From: Candidatus Obscuribacteraceae bacterium | Lineage (GTDB): Bacteria; Cyanobacteriota; Vampirovibrionia; Obscuribacterales; Obscuribacteraceae | Length of the DNA stretch: 64,000 bases | Direction of reading: 5' to 3' | Assembly (NCBI GenBank): GCA_044226015.1 | Contig: JBGAHS010000004.1 | Coordinates: forward strand, 352,001-416,000 | Shown: positions 30,065 through 39,743 of the stretch, piece by piece | Position numbering within the stretch: the stretch's first letter is position 1 | How the letters are laid out: the number at the start of each line of letters is the position of its first letter | Position numbers and translations under genes: made by a program | The notes under the pieces: model-generated | What the model was told of the DNA's origin: nothing | Databases searched by the model: none | The model's input: only the letters and a program-made list of their open reading frames with translations

Positions 30065-30646
30065 ATGTTTACTGACAAAATTCCTCGCAAGAAATCTGAG
30101 CAGGAAGAGTATTCTCGCAGCGATGAACTGCGCACAATTCAGCTTCCAGAAATTGAGCCGGTAAGGTCGCTGGCTCAATGTATAGAACTGGGACTTAGGG
30201 ATGAGGAGAAGAAGTCTGTCGAAAAAGCAGCGAATGGAATTGCGCGCGAATTTTGTTCATGTTTCGACATTCCTCTTTCTCCTGTAAGGGTGCTTGGCGT
30301 GCGTCCCCGAAAGGTGACTGAAACCTCAGTTTGGGAAACCTTTGGTGACTACGACACCGAGACTTTGAAGATTCGTTTGTGGATGCGTACCGCTGTCTTA
30401 CAAAAAACATCAGCCTATGGCACATTGCTGAGTACGCTCTGCCATGAGCTTTGCCACCACCTGGACTGCGCCTACTTAAATTTGCCAAACACTTTCCATA
30501 CACGTGGATTTTATGCCAGAGCTGGGCTTCTGTATCATCATATAAAGAACACCCCAATTCGAGAGTTGGTTTGGACCCGGCACTCCAATGGAACATACAG
30601 TATCAACTGGCCTGCAACTATGCGTGGTGCGCCGGGAAAACGATGA
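30065..30646 (+). CDS. Zincin-like (SprT/M48-like) HExxH protein
   Basis: TLCHELCHHLD followed by FHTRGFY. Confidence 0.7.
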   Translation: MFTDKIPRKKSEQEEYSRSDELRTIQLPEIEPVRSLAQCIELGLRDEEKKSVEKAANGIAREFCSCFDIPLSPVRVLGVRPRKVTETSVWETFGDYDTETLKIRLWMRTAVLQKTSAYGTLLSTLCHELCHHLDCAYLNLPNTFHTRGFYARAGLLYHHIKNTPIRELVWTRHSNGTYSINWPATMRGAPGKR

Positions 30647-30768
30647 TCGGGAGCATGAGGAGCCAAAACCACAGGCAGCAAAACAAAAGATGCCAAAACA
30701 AAAGGAGAAGAGCAACGCTGGCTCTTCTCCTTCTGGATGTATTTATTGTTCTGCGCTAGCAGAGTCAA

Positions 30769-31986
30769 TTATAGGCAAGCAGGGTCAACCGGTTCTTCGT
30801 ACTTGACGCCTTCTAGCCCAAACCCGAACAACTTCAAGAATTGTTCTTTATAGACGTTGAAGTGGCTGATTTCGTTCAGGTTTTCTGTTGTGACTTTGCC
30901 CCACAATTCACTAACAGCTTTTTGAATCTTCGGCTCCATCTCAAGGTCGTCGATTCTAATTCTTCCAGCTTCGTCTAGCTTGGGTGTGTTGCCGTTATAC
31001 AGTTGCGATGCAAACAGTCGGTAAATTTGTTCGATACAGCCTTCCAGCGTGCTTTGTTCTTTCAACACTTTGAAGAGAAGTGAAATGTAGAGTGGTACTA
31101 CCGGAATGGCTGAGCTTGCCTGAGTTACAACAGCTTGATTCACGGAAACATAAGCTTTACCGCTGAGCTTGCTGAGCATGGAATTGATTTTCTCAGTTGC
31201 TTTCTCCAGGTCTTGCTTGGCTCTACCGATGGTGCCATCCTTGTACACGGGCCAGGTAACTTCGGGTCCGATGTATGAGTATGCAACCGTCTTCACTCCA
31301 TCAGCCAGAACACCCGCTTTCTGAAGCTTTTCCATCCACATAATCCAGTCTTCTCCACCCATTACGGTGACTGTTTCATTGATGTCGTGCTCATTGGCTG
31401 GATCTATCGAAACGTCTTTAACAATGCCCTTATCGGTGTCGAGTGTTTTCGCTGTGAATGTTTGTCCGATAGGTTTCAATACTGAGTTGTGAACTGATTT
31501 GCTATCAGGGTGCGTTCTTCTTGGTGATGCAAGACTGTAAATTACGCAGTCGATTTTTCCAAGATCTTTCTTGATGAGTTCGATTGTCTGCTCTTTCAGT
31601 TCGTTGGAAAATGCATCTCCGTTGAGGTTCTCAGCATAGAGCCCTGCTTCTTTTGCAGCTTTTGTGAATGCTGAGGTGTTGTACCAGCCAGCGCTTGCGG
31701 GTTTTCCACCTTCACTGGGTTTTTCGAAGAACACCCCGATGGTGTCAGCCTGTCCTGCAAACGCGCTGACTATACGAGATGCCAATCCATAGCCAGTTGA
31801 TGACCCGATTACGAGGACCTTTTTCGGAGCTTCCTTTATAGAGCCTTGCTTCTTGACATAGTCTATTTGCTCCAGCACATTTTTTTGGCAGCCAAGAGGA
31901 TGTGCCGTTACGCAGATGAATCCTCTCACACGGGGGTTGATCGGCTTAAGTTCCGAAGTTGACATCTTTACCTCTGTAGTACTCAT
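30769..31986 (-). CDS. fabV: Enoyl-ACP reductase FabV / trans-2-enoyl-CoA reductase
   Basis: PRVRGFIC..AHP.GC, GSSTGYGLASRI, YSLASPRR, VMGGEDW, Y-x8-K and LFGF motifs. Start set at ATG 31986. Confidence 0.94.
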   Translation of the reverse strand: MSTTEVKMSTSELKPINPRVRGFICVTAHPLGCQKNVLEQIDYVKKQGSIKEAPKKVLVIGSSTGYGLASRIVSAFAGQADTIGVFFEKPSEGGKPASAGWYNTSAFTKAAKEAGLYAENLNGDAFSNELKEQTIELIKKDLGKIDCVIYSLASPRRTHPDSKSVHNSVLKPIGQTFTAKTLDTDKGIVKDVSIDPANEHDINETVTVMGGEDWIMWMEKLQKAGVLADGVKTVAYSYIGPEVTWPVYKDGTIGRAKQDLEKATEKINSMLSKLSGKAYVSVNQAVVTQASSAIPVVPLYISLLFKVLKEQSTLEGCIEQIYRLFASQLYNGNTPKLDEAGRIRIDDLEMEPKIQKAVSELWGKVTTENLNEISHFNVYKEQFLKLFGFGLEGVKYEEPVDPACL

Positions 31987-32190
31987 GCTTACCTCTGCAG
32001 TTGCGAAGTAAGCAGTATATATAAAGGGTGCGCTCCAGAACATGAACTGAGAAGCAGTTTTACGGGTTAGTAACGGGTCTGCAAGCTCATTTCCCTTTAA
32101 GCTTTGGGCTGATACGGGATTCCAAGGTGATATTCTTCTTGTGAAGCTGCTCTACGTCGGCCGCTTCATTTACTAACCAGGGTAAAAATA

Positions 32191-34023
32191 ATGAGATCAG
32201 CTTCTGATTGCCGCGCTCGCTTCTTCTCAGCGTCGCTCTTGGCTATGTTGGCATTTGCTACCGGCAGTAGCGCTTTCGCGCAGTACCAGCATCTGCCAAA
32301 GTTTGAGCAGTCTTTCCAGAACCTGCCTGGGCATCCAGACCCCAATTCTCAATTCGTCGTTCTGAACTCTGGTGTCGCATCGATTGCAGCCCAGAGATTT
32401 CCGCTGCCCAAAGACACGTTTACCTACAACTTAGCGGGAATGACAGTGTTTCCCTATTATCAGGCTTCGCCTGAACTTAAAGAGTTCTTGAATAATGCAA
32501 CTACATTTGGTGGCATGCCTTTAACGGCGTTTCCGACGCAGCCAAATTTACCTCAATTCACCTTGCCTCAGACTGATACCATCAGATTTAGCGTTCCGAT
32601 TCCAAAAATTCGAGAAAATCGCGCATCTGCTATGAAGATGGCAATGAAAGATAAGCGAATGAAGGACGAGATACCGTGGATGGTAGCTCACGAGGGTGGA
32701 CAAGCTTTTGGTTTGCCTGGTGATACTGAAGCTCTGGTTATTGTGAAGCAAGGTTCGATGTTCGGTGCCTGCGCATCGAGAACAATGGTATTGCGCTGCG
32801 GAACTATGTGGGTTATGACAGGTTCACGTCCAGCGGCAGTTATCACCAAATACGGTGCGGTTGGTGTTCGTCCAAATAGCATTGCAGCCATCGAGCAAAC
32901 CTGGTTCAACAAGGTAACTGCGGCAGATTTGTACGGTCAGCCGCTAGAGATTCAGCTAACTGCCGGAGACAAACCTGCGTTGAAGGAAATGGCTATTAGC
33001 AAACTGACAGTAGAGAAAGGAAAGGAATTGATCTTTTCGGATTCTGCAGTAGCAAGCTCAGGAACCTCAGATTTCGCTGATTCCGGGAATGCAGAAGTCA
33101 TCTCCGAACTTAAAGATGTGAACAAGGTTCTTCCTGATTTGAAGATTCTCAAGGCAAAAGTTGATGCTGATGCATCAGCATTTGTTTCTGAATTAAAGAC
33201 TATCAATCCGCCATTCTCGAATCTGAAAATGAGTACTGATTACTCAAAAATGTTCCAGGAATTCGGCATAACTGCCAAGATGCGTCGCGAGGAAATGAAG
33301 CGTCAAGACCTGATGAAGAGCAACATCGCAAGCAAGAATGCCGTATACAAAGTGTCTATGGATTCGAAATACTACGTGCCCGTGTATTCAAAAGCTCAGG
33401 AAAAAGGTCCACAAATTTTTCCGAATGTTGCTGAAGAGTTGAATACAGTGAAGCTAGCAAAAGGCATCGCTAAAATTCTCGGAACTTGTGACTTGAAAGC
33501 TGATGCAAATGGCAAGCCAATCATGACTACAGGTGAAGCCGTTGTTGCCGTTTCAGAGCCAGTTTTAATGGATCTGGCAGACTGCAGAGTCTGGATAAAT
33601 GGAGGCGCAGTTGCTCAGCTCGCAGCGAAAAATGACATTGTGATTATTCGCAATTTGAGTGAACAACGCGCAAACAGCGTTAAAGTGAAGGTTAAAGGGC
33701 GCAACATCGAACTACCAATTGGTTCTGAAATCGTAGTGGCTAAATCAGCCCCCGAACTTTTCACTGAGCTGAAAAATGATGGAGTCGAACGTCGCAACGT
33801 TCACAGCATCGAAATCTCTGATGGTTCGGCGATGATCAATAAGAGCGATGTTCGTCTTACCACTTTGATGCAATACAGCCCAATATTGCGCAAGCTTTAT
33901 AAGAGCCAAGACCTCAACGATAAGAAATTGGTTGCGCAGCTGATGAAGACAAACGTGGCACTAAATATGGTGGCGCCTGCTCAAAATTACAGACGTATGG
34001 CTGGCTTACCAGCTAGTAACTAG
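32191..34023 (+). CDS. Secreted hypothetical protein with two FecR-like beta segments and a C-terminal domain shared with the 3110-aa protein
   Basis: Signal peptide ending AFA; manual alignment of the C-termini. Confidence 0.75.
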   Translation: MRSASDCRARFFSASLLAMLAFATGSSAFAQYQHLPKFEQSFQNLPGHPDPNSQFVVLNSGVASIAAQRFPLPKDTFTYNLAGMTVFPYYQASPELKEFLNNATTFGGMPLTAFPTQPNLPQFTLPQTDTIRFSVPIPKIRENRASAMKMAMKDKRMKDEIPWMVAHEGGQAFGLPGDTEALVIVKQGSMFGACASRTMVLRCGTMWVMTGSRPAAVITKYGAVGVRPNSIAAIEQTWFNKVTAADLYGQPLEIQLTAGDKPALKEMAISKLTVEKGKELIFSDSAVASSGTSDFADSGNAEVISELKDVNKVLPDLKILKAKVDADASAFVSELKTINPPFSNLKMSTDYSKMFQEFGITAKMRREEMKRQDLMKSNIASKNAVYKVSMDSKYYVPVYSKAQEKGPQIFPNVAEELNTVKLAKGIAKILGTCDLKADANGKPIMTTGEAVVAVSEPVLMDLADCRVWINGGAVAQLAAKNDIVIIRNLSEQRANSVKVKVKGRNIELPIGSEIVVAKSAPELFTELKNDGVERRNVHSIEISDGSAMINKSDVRLTTLMQYSPILRKLYKSQDLNDKKLVAQLMKTNVALNMVAPAQNYRRMAGLPASN

Positions 34024-34073
34024 TCAGAGGCGGTAGAATTCAGAAATAGTTTGCTTAGAACTTTATAAGCAAA

Positions 34074-34400
34074 CTATTTTTTCTTGTTTGATTCAAAGAT
34101 GTCAGTTACATCTTTTGGCACTGGACCTTTCTCAAGAAAATTTGTAAGGTCATATTCAATTACGGTGATGATTTCGGGGGGTTTTGGCCAGGGCAGAGCC
34201 CAACCAATGAACCAGATCAACGGAAACGCCAGTATATGGGCGCTCAGGGCTACCGCAAATGCCTCAGCGAGTGTCGAATACTCTTCGAACCAGAAGCGAA
34301 ATTTCTTTGACAATATATGGCTAAGTGATTCCCGTTTGGCCGGAAATGTATGAGTCACTTGAGTCTCCGAAGGTTTCGCTGAATTACGATTGAAAAGCAC
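34074..34400 (-). CDS. Small single-TM hypothetical protein
   Basis: Hydrophobic segment followed by Pro-rich PWPKPP; fills the intergenic gap. Confidence 0.6.
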   Translation of the reverse strand: MLFNRNSAKPSETQVTHTFPAKRESLSHILSKKFRFWFEEYSTLAEAFAVALSAHILAFPLIWFIGWALPWPKPPEIITVIEYDLTNFLEKGPVPKDVTDIFESNKKK

Positions 34401-34458
34401 GCTGGTGATGAACCGTTCGCTGAAATGATAGTATTTGAGTCATATAGTTAAGAATACA

Positions 34459-35439
34459 ATGAACATGATTTCGTTGCGTTCTCTAGTTTTGATACCGCTT
34501 TCTCTCCTGTTGCTGACTGGTTCGGCGCCGGGCAGGGCTGCTGATGGCAATTTGAAAAGCTCTCAGGCTGATGCAGTCACGGAAGAATCGCCAGGGGCAG
34601 TTCCAGCGGACCCTTCTGCGCCGTCAGGCAAGGTTTTGGAAGGTCCTGGCAAGCTGACCGAAGAGGCGGCACCCGATCCTGTGGCAGAGGAAGACAAGCC
34701 GAAAAAGAAACGAGGACTCTTCGGTCCAAAGAGCAAAGAGTCCGAAGAGACGGCCGAAGAGAAAGAGGCTAAGCCAAAAAAGGGTGACCCTCCGCCTCCG
34801 ACGGCTGCAGAGATAGCCGCCGCCGAAGCTGCCGCTGAGCGCGCTAAGCTGCTCAAAGGCATGCGCACTCCCTTTAATACATCAAATAGCGAGTCAGCGG
34901 GCGATAATCCTGATTTCGGCGCAGTCTCTTTGCCTACGCGATCTCTGCGCTCGACGCTGTCGCAAAGGCTGGTTCCCAATCGGGTTTATTTGCCAGGCAA
35001 GATGATTATAGGAAAGCCCCATGAGTTCGTAGTAAAGGGGAAGCCTGGAAGTCAGGTCGCTGTGGCAATGGCAGATAAAGATGCCGGAGCTAAGCCCATT
35101 AAGGGGCGTGAAATTAGATTGGGGGCTGACCGTAAGCTTGTAGCTGCGGGAACCATTCCCGAGACGGGCATTTTGACGTTGATTGTCGATATGCCTATTC
35201 AAGGTGACTTGATCGGGTTACCAGTGTTTTTTGAGACTGTTATCTGGCAAAAACCTGATTTTTCGGACCTTGAAATCGCAAGCCCTGTAAAATCTGAAAC
35301 GGTAGCTGAGTTCGCTGACAAACCGAATGCTGTTGTTGTCGCAGGTGAAGCTGGTTCAAAAGGGCGTGCAATCAAGTTTGATACATCCATGCCGGCCTAT
35401 CAAAGAGGAAACCCAAACATCCAATCGGGGAGACTATAA
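34459..35439 (+). CDS. Secreted hypothetical protein with a low-complexity N-terminal half
   Basis: Signal peptide, long ORF ending 8 bp before the next gene. Start moved to ATG 34459. Confidence 0.7.
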   Translation: MNMISLRSLVLIPLSLLLLTGSAPGRAADGNLKSSQADAVTEESPGAVPADPSAPSGKVLEGPGKLTEEAAPDPVAEEDKPKKKRGLFGPKSKESEETAEEKEAKPKKGDPPPPTAAEIAAAEAAAERAKLLKGMRTPFNTSNSESAGDNPDFGAVSLPTRSLRSTLSQRLVPNRVYLPGKMIIGKPHEFVVKGKPGSQVAVAMADKDAGAKPIKGREIRLGADRKLVAAGTIPETGILTLIVDMPIQGDLIGLPVFFETVIWQKPDFSDLEIASPVKSETVAEFADKPNAVVVAGEAGSKGRAIKFDTSMPAYQRGNPNIQSGRL

Positions 35440-35447
35440 GGAATACA

Positions 35448-36935
35448 ATGCAATTTGTTCTGATACCACTAGACAATCGTCCCGTCACCTATCAGTTCCC
35501 TCAGATGATTTGCAAAGTCGCTGGAGTGCCAGCTCTTGTGCCGCCACTGGAGTTGGTTGGTTCCCTTACCGCGCCAAGTCGACCCGGTGGACTCAGCGAA
35601 TGGCTGAGTGAAATGGTGAAGAGTCGGCAACCTGACCGTCTTCTGGTTTGCCTTGATGGTGTCATATATGGTGGCTTGATTAATTCGAGAAGGGGTGAAG
35701 AGAGTGAATCTGAAATTCTGAATCGCCTCAAAGAAATTTCGGTTTGGAAGAAGCTCAGCACTAAGCCTATGTCAGTTTATGCGCAAGCAAGTATTATGCG
35801 CATCTCGGACAATTACGACAATACAGAAGAGAAGAAGTATTGGTCACGTTACGGTCGCGAGATTTTTCAATGGTCTGAACTCTTGCACCGAAACAGTATT
35901 GGTATGAAGGTGCCGCAAGGTAGCCTTGCACTTGCTGAATCAAGAATAGAGCCAGCTGTGCGCGATGATTATTTGAAAACAAGAAGACGCAACTTCAATG
36001 CCAACAAGCGATTATTAGACCATGTGGCAAAAGGCGAAATTGATTTCCTTGTATTTAGTCAAGACGACTCAGGCGAGTACGGATTGAACGTTCATGAGCA
36101 AGATAAGCTGCTCAAATCAGCAGCAAACCTCGGCATATCTCGCAAAGTTATGTCTTACCCTGGCTCGGACGAAACCCTGTTGACTTTGTTGGCACGAGCG
36201 ATACTGGAAACAAGTGGAAGAAAGCCTACCGTTTCATTGCAATTCTCATCGGAATATGGCTCGCGAACTCCCAGTAATTACGAGGGGCAGACTGTAGGTG
36301 AAACGGTAGAGCAGCAAACCCATGCGGTTGGCCTGGTTCTTACTAATGAAGATGACGCCAATGTTGATCTTCAATTAATTGTCCACTCACTGGAGCACAG
36401 GCAGGGCGACCACATTCAAGTATCCGGACAACACGCAGATTTGAGATTGTTGAACAGTGGGGAAGCTGTAAGACGCTGCATAGAACTGCTGGAGAAGGCA
36501 ACTAAACCGGTAATACTTTGCGATGTTGCTTACGCAAATGGAGCTGACCCTGCGTTGATTTCCGAGATTTTGAAGAGACCTGCGTTGCTGAAAAAACTCT
36601 GGTCTTTCGCTGGTTGGAACACCACAGGTAATACCGTTGGTTCTGCGCTTGCTTTGGGTGTAGCTCGCTGGTTTTCTGAAATTCAAGGGCATAATGATTT
36701 GCGAGAAAAAGCGTTTCAAGAAGCTATGTTTGTCAGATTTGCGGATGATTGGGCTTACCAGACTCAGGTTCGCTCTCAATTGAATGGACAAGCTGTGCCT
36801 GATGGGAAATTGGCAGAACTCATGCGACCTTATCTGGCTGAAATAGGCTCCGCAAGTGGTTGGCACATTCCTTCAGTGCACGTGTCTTTGCCGTGGCAAC
36901 GTACTTTTGAGATTGAAGTTGCCGTAAAAAACTAG
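35448..36935 (+). CDS. DUF4127 family protein
   Basis: IPLDNRP, YGGLINSR, QDDS, PGSDE, DVAYANGAD, AGWNTTGN, DDWAYQ and PWQRTFE motifs. Confidence 0.85.
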   Translation: MQFVLIPLDNRPVTYQFPQMICKVAGVPALVPPLELVGSLTAPSRPGGLSEWLSEMVKSRQPDRLLVCLDGVIYGGLINSRRGEESESEILNRLKEISVWKKLSTKPMSVYAQASIMRISDNYDNTEEKKYWSRYGREIFQWSELLHRNSIGMKVPQGSLALAESRIEPAVRDDYLKTRRRNFNANKRLLDHVAKGEIDFLVFSQDDSGEYGLNVHEQDKLLKSAANLGISRKVMSYPGSDETLLTLLARAILETSGRKPTVSLQFSSEYGSRTPSNYEGQTVGETVEQQTHAVGLVLTNEDDANVDLQLIVHSLEHRQGDHIQVSGQHADLRLLNSGEAVRRCIELLEKATKPVILCDVAYANGADPALISEILKRPALLKKLWSFAGWNTTGNTVGSALALGVARWFSEIQGHNDLREKAFQEAMFVRFADDWAYQTQVRSQLNGQAVPDGKLAELMRPYLAEIGSASGWHIPSVHVSLPWQRTFEIEVAVKN

Positions 36936-36950
36936 TTCGGGCTGCGAATT

Positions 36951-38264
36951 TCAAATAGGCTGCAAGAAATCGTGGAAGAGCATCTTGTTAACGAAGTCGA
37001 ACGATAGCAGCAATGTCAAAACCGCGCTCAAGATCAATAAAGGCGTCACTATTATTCCTATCTTGAAAAACTCTGCTGCACCGACGTTCTCTCCTTTTTT
37101 CCTGGCTGAGCTTATTACAAGCATAGTGGCTAATGAGCCAGCCACAGTAATATTCGGTCCGAGGTTGCACCCCAGGAGAGCTGCATACTGGTCTAGTGAT
37201 GAGGCTTGAGCCTTTCTTAAAATTGAAATTGCTAGAAGCGCCATTGGAATATTGTTGATGATGTTGCTACCAAATGCGGTGCCAGCGGTGAGAGAAAAGG
37301 TATGTGCGATGGGTTCTTTCCCCATGTTCTGCATGAGATTGGCAGCGAAATCGTTCAAACCCAAATTTTCTATTCCACGAATCACGACAAATAGTCCTGC
37401 TACAAATGGGAAGAGCGACCAGGCGATTTCTTTGCTTATCGATTTATCCAGGCGCTTCCTTGCCAGCCCCACGCCCAGCATGAGAAAGACGCCACCGAAC
37501 GCAATGACAAATGGCTCTATGTGCATCAATGAGCCGATGAAATAGCCGATAAGTACCAAAATCAATGTAATAATGCTGCAATTGAAAAACACCCTATCTC
37601 TAATGGCACTTGATGGCTCTGGAAGGTTCGTGGTATCAAACTCTGCAGGTAAGTCTGCCCGGAATATCCAGGTAAAGACTAGATAGTTAATAAGCAAAAC
37701 AGCTATTTGCGGAAGCAACATGGTCAGTGTGAATCTAGCAAAAGAGAAATGAAATGCACCCTGAAAAAGTAGGTTGGTAAGGTTGCTCACCGGCAAAAGA
37801 AGTGAGCCTGTGTTTGAAACAAAAGCACAAGAGACCAAGAATGGGTGCGCCTTTAGCTTGAGCTTCTGCACAAATGACACGACTATAGGCGTTAAAATCA
37901 CAGCTGTGGTATCCAGCGACAACAGCGAAGTGATCAAGCCGCCTAAAATGAATACATTGCGGAAAAGGCTGCGGGTGCTTCCTTTGGCAATCTTTGCTGA
38001 GTGAATCGCAGCCCATTCGAAAAATCCTGCTTTGTCTATTAAAGCCGAGAGCAAGAGCAGGGCGAAAAGAAAGAACATTACATTTGAGCCGGCGCGTACC
38101 TCTTGCAGCGCTTGAGAAATCGACACTAGCTGAAACAGAAGCATCAATGAGGCACCAATCACGGTAGCCCATGCTTCATGCAGTCCTTTTGGACGAGCCA
38201 AAACGAGAAACAATGTGATAACGAAAATTGCAAGAGTCAGTGGTATCGAATAGTTTGCTGTCAC
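36951..38264 (-). CDS. ArsB/NhaD (ion transporter superfamily) permease
   Basis: AGFFEWAA, SLDTTAVILTP, LLPVSNLTNL, INNIPM and GSLATML motifs. Confidence 0.85.
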   Translation of the reverse strand: MTANYSIPLTLAIFVITLFLVLARPKGLHEAWATVIGASLMLLFQLVSISQALQEVRAGSNVMFFLFALLLLSALIDKAGFFEWAAIHSAKIAKGSTRSLFRNVFILGGLITSLLSLDTTAVILTPIVVSFVQKLKLKAHPFLVSCAFVSNTGSLLLPVSNLTNLLFQGAFHFSFARFTLTMLLPQIAVLLINYLVFTWIFRADLPAEFDTTNLPEPSSAIRDRVFFNCSIITLILVLIGYFIGSLMHIEPFVIAFGGVFLMLGVGLARKRLDKSISKEIAWSLFPFVAGLFVVIRGIENLGLNDFAANLMQNMGKEPIAHTFSLTAGTAFGSNIINNIPMALLAISILRKAQASSLDQYAALLGCNLGPNITVAGSLATMLVISSARKKGENVGAAEFFKIGIIVTPLLILSAVLTLLLSFDFVNKMLFHDFLQPI

Positions 38265-38507
38265 TGCTCGTTCTCGTGTTACTTTCGAATTTTTTCTTGC
38301 CTTTAGTGCAAGTCAAACCATGTCGAAATGGATTATATCTGATTGGAACAGTCGTTTATCATGTGTCGGCGTCTTTTGGAATTTGCTGATGAAACATTGG
38401 TTCATTCACTATCGTCATCATTTTCGGTTGGCCGCTGTTTGAAAAGTTGCAGTGATGGCTATAATGGACTCAAGCGTTTAATCAGAGAGTTTTTGCCCTT
38501 GACGAAG

Positions 38508-39656
38508 ATGCGTAGTGACAAATACAGAAGAGCGATATCTCTTTTCGTCTCTATGCAGGCGCTTTTTTTTACTGCTGCACCTCTGGGGGCTAAAACCAAG
38601 CCAGTCCCCGCGCCTCCTGCTGCTCAGGAAGAGCGCGGCGAGTCCTGGGAAGTGTTGGATAAAAGGTTTAAAACTCAAGTCTATCAGCTGAATGTGGGTG
38701 TCAAAATTCATCTCAGAGGAGGTCTTTATGCGCACCTCGCTGATAAATCACCGAAATATGGTTTTGCCGTATTCTCTACATCTACCGACGATAAAGGCTT
38801 TCGGGTTGTGGGGTCGGGCTCTTCTTTTCCGATAAAAACTTCATTGAACGACCGTACCTATTTTCTGACAAATCGACATGTGGTCGACAGCAGCAGTGGG
38901 CTCGGTGGTGAGTGCGAGCGCTTCTTTGCTGCAATGCGATTGCATGCTCAGCAAACTGCTGGCTTCCAAGATCAAGAAAGTCGCTTCAAAGAACTATTGA
39001 ACATAGTCAATTTCTCACAAAAGAAAGAGCTGAATTTCGCTGAGCGAATTACGTACCAAACAACTGTCGATGCGATTTGGGATACTTATGAAAGCCATCT
39101 TTCTGTGAGAGTAGATCCTAATCGTCAGCAGTTCAGCAAGTATCTTGCTATGGCAGGTGTAGATGTGGAAAATGGTTATTTCCTCCACTCTGCTGGACCT
39201 GTTACACAGCAAGCATTGCAAGCGCAATTACTCAAGGTTGCTAAGTCTGAAGCTGAGCCTGATTTAGCAGTCCTCTGGGTTCCTAGTACAGCTCTTCCAA
39301 AGTTGGAATTCGAAACCTCTGAGCCATCTGAAGGGCAGGAAATTCAGGTAATCGGCTATCCGCTGGCTTCTGATCAAATTGATTTCGACTCCGGATCCTA
39401 TTACGCTCCTACTTTCAGTACTGGAAGAATCAGCCGTGTGGCGCCCAGGCTTTTGCAAGTGGATGCTCCTGTATCCGTGGGAAATAGTGGCGGTCCGGTG
39501 GTCAATCAGCGCGGAAAAGTCGTTGGTGTAATTGTTCGTCGCGCGAGCGTGCAACAGAAACTTGGTGGTTCTGTGATACAGACAGAGTTGCCAAACTTTG
39601 GTGGAGCCATAACTGTTTCCTCTGTAAAGAGTTTTGCGCCAGAGTTGTTTCGCTAA
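38508..39656 (+). CDS. Secreted trypsin-like (S1C) serine protease without PDZ
   Basis: GSGS, LTNRHVV, DLAVL, IGYP and GNSGGP motifs. Start moved to ATG 38508. Confidence 0.85.
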   Translation: MRSDKYRRAISLFVSMQALFFTAAPLGAKTKPVPAPPAAQEERGESWEVLDKRFKTQVYQLNVGVKIHLRGGLYAHLADKSPKYGFAVFSTSTDDKGFRVVGSGSSFPIKTSLNDRTYFLTNRHVVDSSSGLGGECERFFAAMRLHAQQTAGFQDQESRFKELLNIVNFSQKKELNFAERITYQTTVDAIWDTYESHLSVRVDPNRQQFSKYLAMAGVDVENGYFLHSAGPVTQQALQAQLLKVAKSEAEPDLAVLWVPSTALPKLEFETSEPSEGQEIQVIGYPLASDQIDFDSGSYYAPTFSTGRISRVAPRLLQVDAPVSVGNSGGPVVNQRGKVVGVIVRRASVQQKLGGSVIQTELPNFGGAITVSSVKSFAPELFR

Positions 39657-39743
39657 GCAGAATGTCAAGCTGTTCTTTTCCAGCTTCTCATCTAGAATAG
39701 GTCTTGTACAAAGATTGTTTCCAAGAGAAACGTAGGAAAGACT

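Noticed and set aside
34074..34400. TonB-like anchor
   Set aside because: No strict SxxxH motif and no TonB C-terminal domain.
36951..38264. Arsenic resistance operon
   Set aside because: No arsR or arsC adjacent; the substrate cannot be assigned.
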